Positions 27,980 through 37,575 of a DNA stretch of 64,000 nt are shown one piece after another (the stretch's first letter is position 1; each line of letters opens with the position of its first letter). The translations under genes were made by a program, and so were the position numbers. The DNA is from Candidatus Altiarchaeota archaeon. Its GTDB lineage: Archaea; Altiarchaeota; Altiarchaeia; IMC4; SCGC-AAA252-I15. Below the pieces are notes generated by a model that saw only the letters and a list, made by a program, of their open reading frames with translations, searched no databases and had not been told where the DNA came from. The stretch covers positions 25,822 to 89,821 of the forward strand of contig JBDRLL010000020.1 in assembly GCA_043813075.1 (NCBI GenBank), written 5' to 3'.

Positions 27980-29926
27980 ATGTCTAGGGGCTTTTACAAG
28001 GGCTTCATATTCATGGCCGTGCCTTCACTTTTACTTGCAGCATATGTCACTCTCACGGCTGTCGCATCTCCCGGATTGACGGTCATACTCTTAAACACTC
28101 TTCTCGTGAATCTGGTGGTCCTATCCTACTCATCAATCCCCCTCTACTTCTACTTCCGTCCGTCTGGCAGGCTGTCTGGCAGTTTCCGCAGGCACGTCAC
28201 GGTGATAATGGTCTACACGAACCTTGCTTTGTTGATGACGTACCCTCTGGTAGCGCATCTCCACGATGCCGTTCCTGGGGAGGATGACGTGTGGAAGATG
28301 ATGTGGTACCTATGGTGGGGCGGGGAATCCCTCTCATCCTTCAAGAACCCGTACCACACCGACCTATGGTTCGCACCATACGGGAAAAGCCTGGTCTTCC
28401 ACTCTAACATACTCTCCCTATCGCTGCTATCACTGCCCTTGCAGCATCTCCTCTCGCTTGCCGCGTCATACAATATGCTCTGCATAATGGCCTTCGCATT
28501 CTCAGGGTACGGTATGTACCTGTTGGTCCGGCGTCTGACCGGGAATGACAAGGCATCTCTCGTTTCAGGCCTGATATTCGCCTTCACGCCCCTCCGTTTC
28601 ACGCGTTTGCTCGGCCATCTGAATCTTGTAAGCACCCAGTGGATTCCGTTCTACATACTCTTCTTACTGAGGACGCTCGACAATGATGACCGCAGGGACC
28701 CGGTTCTAGCAGGGATATTCTTCGCTCTCATCTCGGCCACATTCCTCTTTCAGTCTGTGGTCGCATTCATCATCACCCTGGCGCTAATCGCGGAAAGGAT
28801 TGTGTGGGACAGGGAAAAAACCATGAAAACGGTTATTATACGGCGGTTGGGTTTTGCGGTCTTGACAGCATCAGTACTGATCTCCCCCTTAATCCTGGAG
28901 GTGTTCTCGAATTACGGCCGCGGCATCATGCCTGGTGCTGGCGTATCATCTGTCTTCAATTCCGCAGACCTCCTGGCTTACGCCACACCCCCCCAAAGCC
29001 ATCCCATACTATCCGGCTTTTTCTCAGGTAGGCGGGTGTTCTACAGTGGCGGCAGCATGGAGTCTCAAGTCTTCATAGGGTTCACTGTGATAAGCCTATC
29101 CCTCCTTTCAACGTTCCTGGTGTGGAAGTCACGTCAACTGAGGGTGTGGCTACTCATAGCAGTAATCTTCATTACGCTGTCTCTCGGGCCTTTCTTGAGG
29201 ATGGGCGGCGTCGTGGTAGTATACAAGAACCAGGTTCCTGACGGAGCCTTCATGGGTGACAAGAAGGTTTCCTCCAGCATGATATACGGATTCTACCGGC
29301 TTTTGGGTGGACTGGCGGAATATCCTGAAAGCTATTCCCCCACCAGTGAATACTCCTACGCCTACCTGCCGTACACGCTGGTTGACGGCCTTCCTTTCAT
29401 GGACCTGTCCCGCACGCCAAGCCGTTTCAGCCTAGGTCTCATAGTGGCAGTCTCAGTTCTCTCCGGATTCACCCTATCATGGATTCTCGGGAGGGGCGGT
29501 CGCCCCTGGCTGATGCCGCTTATCACCGCGCTAATACTCTTCGAGTCACTGGCCTTGCCGATACCGTTATCCCATCTCCCTGAGACTTCTGGAGTATACG
29601 GGATAATCGGGGATGATCCTGGCGACTTCATAATCCACGAGAAGCCTTACGGCAACTTCTTCCACACCCAGACATTGCACGGCAAGAAGATACTGTCCGG
29701 CTACGTTAAGTCAGAGGCTCCCTCAAAGGCACGGATTCTATCCGGCAACGCCGACGAATCAGTCTATCCCAGCCTAAACGATTTCTGTGCTGAAAAGAAT
29801 GTGAGATACCTCATAGTCCATAAGGATGTGCTCTCTGAAAATGAGGTTTCACGCATCATGGCTTCGATGAATAACCCCCCATTTTATAGTGATGGTCTGG
29901 TGGTCGCCTACCGTATTGAAGCCTAG
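27980..29926 (+). CDS. Multi-pass membrane protein, GT-C-like glycosyltransferase
   Basis: More than ten TM helices; WYLWW..NPYHT..FAPYG, GMYLL, SGLIFAFTP, GHLNL, RTPSRF motifs. Confidence 0.65.
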   Translation: MSRGFYKGFIFMAVPSLLLAAYVTLTAVASPGLTVILLNTLLVNLVVLSYSSIPLYFYFRPSGRLSGSFRRHVTVIMVYTNLALLMTYPLVAHLHDAVPGEDDVWKMMWYLWWGGESLSSFKNPYHTDLWFAPYGKSLVFHSNILSLSLLSLPLQHLLSLAASYNMLCIMAFAFSGYGMYLLVRRLTGNDKASLVSGLIFAFTPLRFTRLLGHLNLVSTQWIPFYILFLLRTLDNDDRRDPVLAGIFFALISATFLFQSVVAFIITLALIAERIVWDREKTMKTVIIRRLGFAVLTASVLISPLILEVFSNYGRGIMPGAGVSSVFNSADLLAYATPPQSHPILSGFFSGRRVFYSGGSMESQVFIGFTVISLSLLSTFLVWKSRQLRVWLLIAVIFITLSLGPFLRMGGVVVVYKNQVPDGAFMGDKKVSSSMIYGFYRLLGGLAEYPESYSPTSEYSYAYLPYTLVDGLPFMDLSRTPSRFSLGLIVAVSVLSGFTLSWILGRGGRPWLMPLITALILFESLALPIPLSHLPETSGVYGIIGDDPGDFIIHEKPYGNFFHTQTLHGKKILSGYVKSEAPSKARILSGNADESVYPSLNDFCAEKNVRYLIVHKDVLSENEVSRIMASMNNPPFYSDGLVVAYRIEA

Positions 29927-29970
29927 TTTTTAATCGTGGGGAGTATATTCTAAGCAGGTTAGGTGATGCA

Positions 29971-30459
29971 ATGGTTTTAGGCAAGTCTGAGATACTGGCT
30001 TTGGTGGAGGGCAAGGGCCTCATCGATAATTTTTCCCCAGAATCGCTTGGCGGAGCCGGCTATGACCTGCGTTTGGACAGGATTTACCGGCTTACGTCCG
30101 ACAGCTTCCTCGGAGTCTCTGACCGTAGGACTCCTGGCGTGGAGGAAGTTGAGTTCGACTCATATGCCATGAAGCCAGGAGAGTATGTTCTGGTGGAGAC
30201 GTTGGAGAGAGTCAACATGCCTTCCAACGTGGCTGCGAGAGTTCTTAACCGTTCGACACTATTCCGTTGCGGGTGCAGCCTATACAATGCGCTAGTGGAT
30301 CCCGGATTCATGGGGACTCTCACGTTCGGCATGAAGAATCTGTCTGAAAAAGAATTCACGGTTGAACGCGGCGCGCGGATAGCGCAGATAGTCTTCGAGA
30401 GAGTCCACGGGGAAGCAGAGGAATACGACGGAAAATATCAGGGCGGGAAAGTCGTCTAG
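29971..30459 (+). CDS. Trimeric dUTPase/dCTP deaminase family protein
   Basis: GYDLRL, NRSTLFRCG, VDPGFMG, RIAQIVF, YDGKYQG. Confidence 0.88.
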   Translation: MVLGKSEILALVEGKGLIDNFSPESLGGAGYDLRLDRIYRLTSDSFLGVSDRRTPGVEEVEFDSYAMKPGEYVLVETLERVNMPSNVAARVLNRSTLFRCGCSLYNALVDPGFMGTLTFGMKNLSEKEFTVERGARIAQIVFERVHGEAEEYDGKYQGGKVV

Positions 30460-30483
30460 CATACGGGGTGCGTATTATACTAC

Positions 30484-31737
30484 TTAATCTATGTCTATGC
30501 TCTCCCCTATCTCTGGCACGTGCACGTTGAATCCTGGCAGCATGGATGCGAGCGTCTCGCAGGATTCGCCGTCACCATGCACTAGCACCACATCCTCGGG
30601 CTTCATGGCCTCTATTGTCTTCACCAGGTCCTTCTGGTCGCTGTGTGCGCTGAAGTCGAATTGGGAGAGCCTCATGTTGACCTTGAACTTCCTTCCTGAA
30701 ATCTCGTCCACTATGAATCCTTCGTCCATTAGAAGCCTGCCGTTGCAGTCCTCAACCTGGTATCCCGTAAGTATGACACTGCTGTTCGCGTCCCTGTGGA
30801 GTCTGCCAAGGTAGTCGAGCACAGGCCCTCCCTCTAACATTCCTGCAGTGGTGACTATGACACAGGGTTTCTGTGTTATCTCCTTCCTCATCTGCCTGCC
30901 CTTCACCCATATGCTGTTGCTCACAACCTCATGCAGCTTATCGTATTCCTTGACGCATCCCTCATGGTTTAATATGGTCTGGGACGCCTTTTTCGCCATG
31001 CCGTCAAGGTATATGTCGTATCCTATGTCCCTCAGCACAAGCAGCAGCTCCTGGGCTCGTCCTATCGCGAATGCGGGAATCAATGCTATACCGTCCCTCT
31101 CAAGCGTAGACTCTACTTCAGCAAGGAATTCCCTTTCAACATCCCTGCGGTCAGTGTGCGTCCTATTACCGTATGTGGACTCGCATATCAGCACGTCAGT
31201 ACTTTCAGGATACTCTGCGGCAGGCTGGAGTCTCGTCTCAGTAGCCTTAGTGTCTCCCGTGTAGAACACCCTCTTCCCATCCACTTCCATCTGTATCCCT
31301 GCGCTGCCTGGAATATGGCCTGCGTCGTAGAATGTCATGATGGCGCCTTCAGGGATGGTGTATTCCCTCCCGTATTCCACTAACTTCTCTTTTGTTGCTA
31401 GGTCTTCAATGTCATCGTCGATGTATCTGAGCGGATGCCCCTTCAGCTTGTCTATCTTCAGGGAGTCGTGTTGTAGCATGTGGCTCAGCTCCTGGGTGAC
31501 TCCCGTAAGGTATACTGGCATGTGTTCCTGCCTGAATACCGTCGGTATGTTCCCGCAGTGGTCTAGGTGAGCGTGCGAGAGTATGAGGGCGTCCACCTCT
31601 TCCACAGGCAGAGGGTATGTGGGAGGTTCGTCGAGTTTCAACCCGGAATCCATGATGAGTTGCAGTCCGTTGGATTCAAGGAGTATGGATGATTTGCCGA
31701 CTTCTCTGGCGCCTCCGAGGAATGTGAGTTTGACCAT
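30484..31737 (-). CDS. beta-CASP metallo-beta-lactamase ribonuclease
   Basis: LGGAREVGKS, SHAHLDH, AGHIPGS, YTGD, ESTYG, FSAH, LVHG motifs. Confidence 0.92.
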   Translation of the reverse strand: MVKLTFLGGAREVGKSSILLESNGLQLIMDSGLKLDEPPTYPLPVEEVDALILSHAHLDHCGNIPTVFRQEHMPVYLTGVTQELSHMLQHDSLKIDKLKGHPLRYIDDDIEDLATKEKLVEYGREYTIPEGAIMTFYDAGHIPGSAGIQMEVDGKRVFYTGDTKATETRLQPAAEYPESTDVLICESTYGNRTHTDRRDVEREFLAEVESTLERDGIALIPAFAIGRAQELLLVLRDIGYDIYLDGMAKKASQTILNHEGCVKEYDKLHEVVSNSIWVKGRQMRKEITQKPCVIVTTAGMLEGGPVLDYLGRLHRDANSSVILTGYQVEDCNGRLLMDEGFIVDEISGRKFKVNMRLSQFDFSAHSDQKDLVKTIEAMKPEDVVLVHGDGESCETLASMLPGFNVHVPEIGESIDID

Positions 31738-31772
31738 GTCTACTAATCTGTTTCACCGTATTTAAGCATGTC

Positions 31773-32651
31773 TTGGAAAGACTATTGACGATGGATGATG
31801 TTGACTCCATTCTGGGCGAGTTAAGCACCCTCCTGTCAAGCGCGGTCGAGGGGTTGTGTGAGGAGAAGACGGGGGTGGTGTTCTCGTCAGGTGTTGACAG
31901 CGCGTTGATAGCCTCCCTGGCGGCTGAATGCTGTGAAATCATGGCGTATGCTGTTGGATTCGAGGGTTCGCCTGACGTGGACTGCGCGAGGTCGGTTGAG
32001 TCTGAATTGGGATTCCCTGTAGAGTACGTTAGTCTATCCCATGATATGATCGAGGATGCTGTTCCGGAAATCCTGGGGATTGTCGGCGAGCCTAATCCGG
32101 TTAAGGTGGGCGTCGGCATACCCTTCTATTACGCCTCTAAAAAGGCTTTTGAGGACGGTTTCAGCGTGATGCTGTGCGGGCAGGGTGGGGACGAACTTTT
32201 CGGCGGCTACTGGCGGTATGTGGACGCATATGTGTCTGAAGGTGGTGGAAAGGTCGTTGAGATGATGAAGAGCGATGTCAAGACAGCAGATGACGACAAC
32301 CTGGATCGAGACCGCGCTGTATGCAGGCACAATGGCGTGGAACTGAGGATACCCTACATAGGGGAAAAATTCATGGAGTATGTTGAGGGCCTTCCCATCG
32401 ACTTGAAGGTTCGCGAGGTCGACCAGTCTTTCAGCGAATTCACGTGCATAGACGAGGTTGAAGGCCGTAGGTTTGTCCGCAAGTACGTGCTCCGTCTTCT
32501 CGCACGGAAGCATGGTCTGCCCGAGCGGGTCATCAACAGGAGTAAGAAGGCTGCGCAGTACGGTAGCGCTGTGAACAAGCATTTGGAGAAGATTGCAAGG
32601 AAGAACGGTTTCCAGCACACGCGGGAGTACCTGGAGTCATTCAAAATATAG
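31773..32651 (+). CDS. Asparagine synthase C-terminal (synthetase) domain protein
   Basis: FSSGVDS PP-loop, GQGGDELFGGY, ELRIPY, RKYVLR, KKAAQYGS; no Ntn glutaminase domain. Confidence 0.85.
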   Translation: MERLLTMDDVDSILGELSTLLSSAVEGLCEEKTGVVFSSGVDSALIASLAAECCEIMAYAVGFEGSPDVDCARSVESELGFPVEYVSLSHDMIEDAVPEILGIVGEPNPVKVGVGIPFYYASKKAFEDGFSVMLCGQGGDELFGGYWRYVDAYVSEGGGKVVEMMKSDVKTADDDNLDRDRAVCRHNGVELRIPYIGEKFMEYVEGLPIDLKVREVDQSFSEFTCIDEVEGRRFVRKYVLRLLARKHGLPERVINRSKKAAQYGSAVNKHLEKIARKNGFQHTREYLESFKI

Positions 32652-32663
32652 CCGGCATATTCC

Positions 32664-32933
32664 TCATTTCATCCCGAATGAGCCTTTTGTCATACCATCC
32701 AAGATTCTTTGCGCGTCATTCAAGTATCCCATGCGTCCCGCATAGTACAATGCTGCCAAGAGTATCAGCAGGAGCACTCCATAGTACGCCATCGTCCGCG
32801 CGGTCTTCCAGCCATCATCCCCGCTATTATCGGGCTGTTCTTCATCTCCCATCACTGTTCCCTTCTCATCAGCATCTGTTTTCAATGGTTTTTCGGTTTT
32901 TTCAGGTTCTCTAACGTCCATGCCATTATCCAT
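32664..32933 (-). CDS. Hypothetical single-TM protein
   Basis: Acidic N-terminus plus one hydrophobic helix; fills the gap. Confidence 0.55.
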   Translation of the reverse strand: MDNGMDVREPEKTEKPLKTDADEKGTVMGDEEQPDNSGDDGWKTARTMAYYGVLLLILLAALYYAGRMGYLNDAQRILDGMTKGSFGMK

Positions 32934-32943
32934 TCCACCCGCA

Positions 32944-32999
32944 CATATTTAATAATATGCTCCCCCCATATTACTCTAATAATATCAGGATAATAACAT
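32944..32999 (+). promoter_or_regulatory. Promoter with candidate operator repeats upstream of the RHH/que operon
   Basis: Inverted repeats CATATT-N4-AATATG (32944-59) and ATATTA-N6-TAATAT (32968-85); TAATAA(T/C)AT occurs three times. Confidence 0.45.
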
Positions 33000-33168
33000 G
33001 GCTAAGGTTAGCGTTGATATACCCCGGGAGATACTCGACGACATACGGAATCATGTAGGGCCTGACAAGAAGTTCGTGAACGTGAGCGACGCGATACGCA
33101 CCGCATGCAGGAAACTACTGGACCAGCTGGACGAGATAGACCGAAAGCACGGGAGGATAAGAGAGTGA
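32998..33168 (+). CDS. Ribbon-helix-helix (CopG/MetJ-like) regulator, 56 aa
   Basis: Not in the track. MAKVSVDIPREILDDIRNHVGPDKKFVNVSDAIRTACRKLLDQLDEIDRKHGRIRE: alternating beta-strand, two helices, SDAIR. Confidence 0.85.
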   Translation: MAKVSVDIPREILDDIRNHVGPDKKFVNVSDAIRTACRKLLDQLDEIDRKHGRIRE

Positions 33169-33176
33169 CCAACACA

Positions 33177-34088
33177 ATGAGAACGCATTCAAGCAAACCG
33201 CTGGTGGTCATGCTGTGCAATGATTCCGGCCGACGCTTCAGGGAGAGTATTGGCGAGGAGATAAGGGAGCATAAACTGCCTGTTTCAGAAGGCGAACTCA
33301 GGGACATGCTGGACAAAGAGCTGGGGGGGCTAATGGAAAAACCCAAACTCATGGTTCCCATCGGCCCGATACCTGTGCTAGTCCATTCCATGCGTTCCTT
33401 CACATGGCAGCAGCATTCCAACTTCATGTTCCTGACGACAGAGCCCAACGCCCCACTCCAGCAATACCTTTCCACAGGGGAATTCGCTGGGACAGGTAAG
33501 GAATTCATAAATCAGGAAGCAGGCAAACCAACCCTAGACGTTCTTATGGGAATCAAGGACCGTCTGGGCGGACACTGCATAATCGCAATGCCCGACGTCC
33601 TATCCGACACTGACGCAAACCAGTTAATGCGCGTCCATGTCGCGCAAGGCAACGACGTCACCGCGGCAGTGCTCGGCGACAAGGCCGTAACCTTTGCAGG
33701 CGTTGCCGCGCTAAAGACAAGCTCCCTAACACCAGAGCTAATCGAAGGCATAGAGCGGGGGGCGGCAGGACATGAATCCAGCGTAGTCCAAAGCCCGAAC
33801 AGCAGCCTGCTCAAATTGTTGCGAAGCGGCCGCACCGCCCGCTGTCAATGCGCATCCCATGCCCAGAGGATGTCCAACGCGGAAGACCTGATTAACCTGC
33901 GTTTGATGTGGGTTAGGGGCGACGCCTTCTGGCCTGGCGCATACTCATCCCTGCCTTCCAAGCCTGACGGCCCTGATCAATTCCCCCTCCGGCTCTCACC
34001 CCACGATTTGATGGCTAAACTTGGTGATGACGCACGGCGCCTGGGGGTGCCATACGAATACAAGAATCTGAGGAGGACCACGCAATGA
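33177..34088 (+). CDS. Degenerate sugar-phosphate nucleotidyltransferase-like protein
   Basis: VVMLCNDSGRRF...KPKLMVPIGPIPVLVH and IIAMPDVLSDTDANQLMRVH..GNDVT follow the NTP_transferase layout, but GGxG is lost. Confidence 0.55.
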   Translation: MRTHSSKPLVVMLCNDSGRRFRESIGEEIREHKLPVSEGELRDMLDKELGGLMEKPKLMVPIGPIPVLVHSMRSFTWQQHSNFMFLTTEPNAPLQQYLSTGEFAGTGKEFINQEAGKPTLDVLMGIKDRLGGHCIIAMPDVLSDTDANQLMRVHVAQGNDVTAAVLGDKAVTFAGVAALKTSSLTPELIEGIERGAAGHESSVVQSPNSSLLKLLRSGRTARCQCASHAQRMSNAEDLINLRLMWVRGDAFWPGAYSSLPSKPDGPDQFPLRLSPHDLMAKLGDDARRLGVPYEYKNLRRTTQ

Positions 34089-34426
34089 AGGCATGCAGGA
34101 CATTCTATTTTGACGCAGCACACCATCTGCCTGACTACAAGGGGGGTTGCGAGCACGTGCACGGGCACACCTACCGGCTGGAGGTGGAGGTCGAAGGCGA
34201 TATCAAGGATGACGGGATGGTGTTGGACTTCAATGACCTCAAGAAAGTCGTGAACAAGGAGGTTATAGACGAGTTGGACCACAGCGACCTGAACAAGATA
34301 CTGGACAATCCGACCGCGGAGAACATAACGCAATGGATATGGGACTGTCTTGAAGGCAAAATCATGGTCTCGAGAATAAGGCTTTGGGAGGGCGACCGGA
34401 AATGGGTGGAGAAGCAAAGGCAGTAA
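34085..34426 (+). CDS. queD: 6-carboxy-5,6,7,8-tetrahydropterin synthase
   Basis: FDAAHHL, CEHVHGHTY, GMVLDF, LDH, NPTAEN, LWE motifs. Confidence 0.95.
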   Translation: MKACRTFYFDAAHHLPDYKGGCEHVHGHTYRLEVEVEGDIKDDGMVLDFNDLKKVVNKEVIDELDHSDLNKILDNPTAENITQWIWDCLEGKIMVSRIRLWEGDRKWVEKQRQ

Positions 34427-35079
34427 TCCTGCTGTCTGGGGGGATGGACAGTGCAGTGACTGCATACAAGGCAAAGTCCGACGGCAACATGATACACGCA
34501 CTGACCGTGAACTACGGGCAACGCCACACGCGCGAGCTGGAGAGTGCTGTGAAGATAGCGGAGTCGCTTGGCGTGGAAGAGCACAAGATCGTTGAAGTAG
34601 ACCCCACGTTATTCAGGGGCAGCGCCCTCACAGACTATAAGATAGACGTCCCAGAGCAAGCAGGCTCGGGAATCCCTGTCACATACGTTCCAGCGAGAAA
34701 CACGATCATGCTGTCACTCGCCCTCGCATACGCGGAGACCATTAACGCTGGAAGCATATACGCTGGAATGAATGCGGTAGACTACAGCGGATACCCTGAC
34801 TGCAGGCCCGAATACATCCAAGCATTCCAGGAGCTCGCGAACCTGGCGACGAAAAGGGCTGTTGAAGGCAACCCAGTTCAAATACGCGCACCCCTAGTGA
34901 AACTATCCAAGAAGGACATAGTCAACCTGGGTTCAGAGCTTAACGTACCCTTCCAGCATACGTGGAGCTGCTACAACGGCAGGGATAAGGCGTGCGGCCG
35001 ATGTGACAGCTGTAGGCTCAGGCTAAAGGGCTTTGAGGAGGCGGGTATGAAGGATCCGGTAGACTATGAGAGACATTAG
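34402..35079 (+). CDS. queC: 7-cyano-7-deazaguanine synthase
   Basis: LLSGGMDS, YGQRH, TYVPARN, YPDCRPE, TWSCY, CGRCDSC. Confidence 0.96.
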   Translation: MGGEAKAVILLSGGMDSAVTAYKAKSDGNMIHALTVNYGQRHTRELESAVKIAESLGVEEHKIVEVDPTLFRGSALTDYKIDVPEQAGSGIPVTYVPARNTIMLSLALAYAETINAGSIYAGMNAVDYSGYPDCRPEYIQAFQELANLATKRAVEGNPVQIRAPLVKLSKKDIVNLGSELNVPFQHTWSCYNGRDKACGRCDSCRLRLKGFEEAGMKDPVDYERH

Positions 35080-35548
35080 GCCAGACTCTGATGACTGTTG
35101 CGTGCGCGCCGAAGTCTTCATGAGGCGTGGTGAGATGGGTTATGCAGTCGAATACTATCTGAAGGCACTTGAGCTCGACCCCAAGTCTGTGGCAGCTCAT
35201 CTTAACCTGGCCATAATCTACGAGGACAATGACATCTCCAAGAGCATAGTCCACTATAATGAAGTCCTTAAGGTGGAGTCAAAGAATGTTGAGGCGCTTT
35301 ACGGCCTCGGCAGGGTCTACGGCATGGAAGGAAACATAGACGAGTCCATAAAGTACTTCAAGGAGTGCATACGATTCGACTCATTCGACAGCAGGCCGTA
35401 TTGCGGTCTGGGGGTGGCCTACAGCATACAAAAGGATTACGGCAAGTCTATCGCATCTTTCGAGAAGGCGCTGGAGTTAAACCCATTCGACTTCAAGGCG
35501 ATGAAACTGCTCGGCCAGGTCAGGGATGAGATGGGTGATGTGGAATGA
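35066..35548 (+). CDS. TPR-repeat protein
   Basis: About four canonical TPR motifs (YLKALELDP, ALYGLGRVY, FEKALELNP). Confidence 0.85.
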   Translation: MRDIRPDSDDCCVRAEVFMRRGEMGYAVEYYLKALELDPKSVAAHLNLAIIYEDNDISKSIVHYNEVLKVESKNVEALYGLGRVYGMEGNIDESIKYFKECIRFDSFDSRPYCGLGVAYSIQKDYGKSIASFEKALELNPFDFKAMKLLGQVRDEMGDVE

Positions 35549-36171
35549 AGGGTCGATGGTATGAAAAATTCAGGGATGACGGTAAACTATACTTCAACGA
35601 CGACTCCTACCCCCTCATTGAGTCCATGATGGACGAGGACATGGTGGTATACTCCAAGCATGTCCCTGAAGGCGGGAGCATCCTCGAATGCTGTTGCGGT
35701 CCGGGATACACTGCGATACCATTGTCCAAGCACTATGACGTGACCGCGTTCGACAGGGATGACATGGTACTGGATGCTGCGAGGCAGAACGCATTGAAAT
35801 ACGGGGGCGACGTAAGGTTTGATAAGGAAGAATTCTCCAACATATTGGTGAGGTATGGTCCGGACAGTTTTGATGCAGCGAGTTCTGGCGGAGTGCTCGA
35901 GCACTTCACGAAGCCTGAAATACGCGAGCTAGTAAAGCTGCAGTTGACTGTCGCGCCCATAGTATTCGCCCAGATGCCTCTGCATGATGAAGGCGGTGGC
36001 AGGCCAATAGAAATGGGTCATGGCATCGGCTTATACGCTTATGGCCGGGAAGACTGGCTTAACGACATACTCGCAGGATTTAACCTGCTTGACTCGCGTA
36101 GGCTGCCTGAAAAGCCTGAGATAGCGCGATTCAGGGAGTTTATGGTGGTCATAGGGAGGGATGGAGAATGA
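35545..36171 (+). CDS. Class I SAM-dependent methyltransferase
   Basis: ILECCCGPG motif I, VTAFD, SFDAASSGGVLEHF. Confidence 0.85.
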   Translation: MKGRWYEKFRDDGKLYFNDDSYPLIESMMDEDMVVYSKHVPEGGSILECCCGPGYTAIPLSKHYDVTAFDRDDMVLDAARQNALKYGGDVRFDKEEFSNILVRYGPDSFDAASSGGVLEHFTKPEIRELVKLQLTVAPIVFAQMPLHDEGGGRPIEMGHGIGLYAYGREDWLNDILAGFNLLDSRRLPEKPEIARFREFMVVIGRDGE

Positions 36172-36773
36172 ATGTGATAGAGATATTCTCAAGCATACAG
36201 GGAGAGGGCAAATACATCGGAAAGCCGACAGTATTCATAAGGCTTGCGGGATGCAACCTCCGGTGCGTATGGTGCGACACAAAATATGCGCTAACAGGCG
36301 GCACAGACATCAGTGTCCCGGAGATAATCCGGCTTGTGAACCAGCAGGGCATAGGCACGGTCTGCATAACCGGGGGAGAGCCGATGCTTCAGATAGACGA
36401 GCTGAAGAAACTGGTTAAGGGGCTTAAAGACGTTGGATACCGCATTGTCTTGGAGACCAATGGCACGCTATACGATGAATGGGTTTTCGAGAACGTTGAC
36501 TGCGTCAGCCTAGACATGAAGCCCCCCAGCAGCGGGATGAAGAGCAGCGAGGGAATACTCAAGAAGCTGGTTGAAAAAGACCAGGTGAAGGTTGTGATCT
36601 CAGACGACAGGGACTACGAGTACGCGAAGGAAATACTAAAGAAGACTTCAGTGGAAGTCATAATACAGCCTCTAGGCGGCACAAGACTGGAGGAGATAGC
36701 CGGGAAAGTTGTCGCGGAAAAAATAGATGTGAGGGTGCTGCCGCAACTCCACAAGATTATTGACGTGAAGTAG
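36168..36773 (+). CDS. queE: 7-carboxy-7-deazaguanine synthase (radical SAM)
   Basis: EIFSSIQGEG, FIRLAGCNLRCVWCDT, ITGGEP, LETNG, PQLHK. Confidence 0.95.
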   Translation: MNVIEIFSSIQGEGKYIGKPTVFIRLAGCNLRCVWCDTKYALTGGTDISVPEIIRLVNQQGIGTVCITGGEPMLQIDELKKLVKGLKDVGYRIVLETNGTLYDEWVFENVDCVSLDMKPPSSGMKSSEGILKKLVEKDQVKVVISDDRDYEYAKEILKKTSVEVIIQPLGGTRLEEIAGKVVAEKIDVRVLPQLHKIIDVK

Positions 36774-36774
36774 G

Positions 36775-37575
36775 ATGAATAAAAAAGACACTCAAGACGA
36801 GAAGCCTGATGTCAGGGAAGACCTGCACAGGGTGGGCGTAACACACCTCAGGACGATAGTCCAGACCGAATGGAGGGGCCACAGGTACAAGTTCATACCA
36901 AGGATACGTTTAACCGTCGACCTGCCTAAAGACCGGAAGGGGGCTCACATGAGCCGTCTGGTGGAGGCGATAACCGAGTCGATTGAAGAGGAGAGCGGTC
37001 AAGTCTACGGCAGCCTTGAACTGCTAGAGCGCCGGATACTCGAAAGGCTGCTGGAAAAACACCCTTACACTCGCGGGGAGGTCAGCTTTAACACAGAGCT
37101 TGTTGTCGAACGCAAGACCCCCAAGACTGGGAGGAAGACGATGGAAGCCCACGACGTTTTTGTGACTGTGATAAAGGAGAATGGCGTGTTCAAGAAAAAA
37201 CTAAAGGTTAGGGTCGTCGGCAATACGGTATGCCCCCACAGCATGGAGAATACCGGCGGTAAGCCCCACATACAGCGTGCTGTCGCCGAACTCACGGTGG
37301 AGTCAGACATAAGCTCTGACATACCCTTAGAGTCTATGATACGGGTCTGCGAGGACTCATTCTCAAGCCCCGTATACACGCTTCTCAAGACCGAGGATGA
37401 GGCGAAGGTGGTTGAAGACATGTATGCGAACCCCAAGTTCGTGGAGGACGTCGCCCGCGAGATCATAGAGTGCGCTAGAACACAGTTCAAGAACGCTAAT
37501 ATACTCGCCCGCGTCACAAGCATGGAGAGCATACACCGACATGATGTGATGGCTGAAGGAAGAATACAGACCTAA
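36775..37575 (+). CDS. GTP cyclohydrolase (FolE2/MptA family)
   Basis: KGAHMSRL, TVCPHS, PHIQR, LLKTEDE, NPKFVED, ESIHRHD. Confidence 0.92.
   Translation: MNKKDTQDEKPDVREDLHRVGVTHLRTIVQTEWRGHRYKFIPRIRLTVDLPKDRKGAHMSRLVEAITESIEEESGQVYGSLELLERRILERLLEKHPYTRGEVSFNTELVVERKTPKTGRKTMEAHDVFVTVIKENGVFKKKLKVRVVGNTVCPHSMENTGGKPHIQRAVAELTVESDISSDIPLESMIRVCEDSFSSPVYTLLKTEDEAKVVEDMYANPKFVEDVAREIIECARTQFKNANILARVTSMESIHRHDVMAEGRIQT

Noticed and set aside
34085-37575. Dpd-type DNA 7-deazaguanine modification island
   Set aside because: No dpdA/TGT-like or other dpd genes in the window; archaeosine precursor supply is the simpler explanation.
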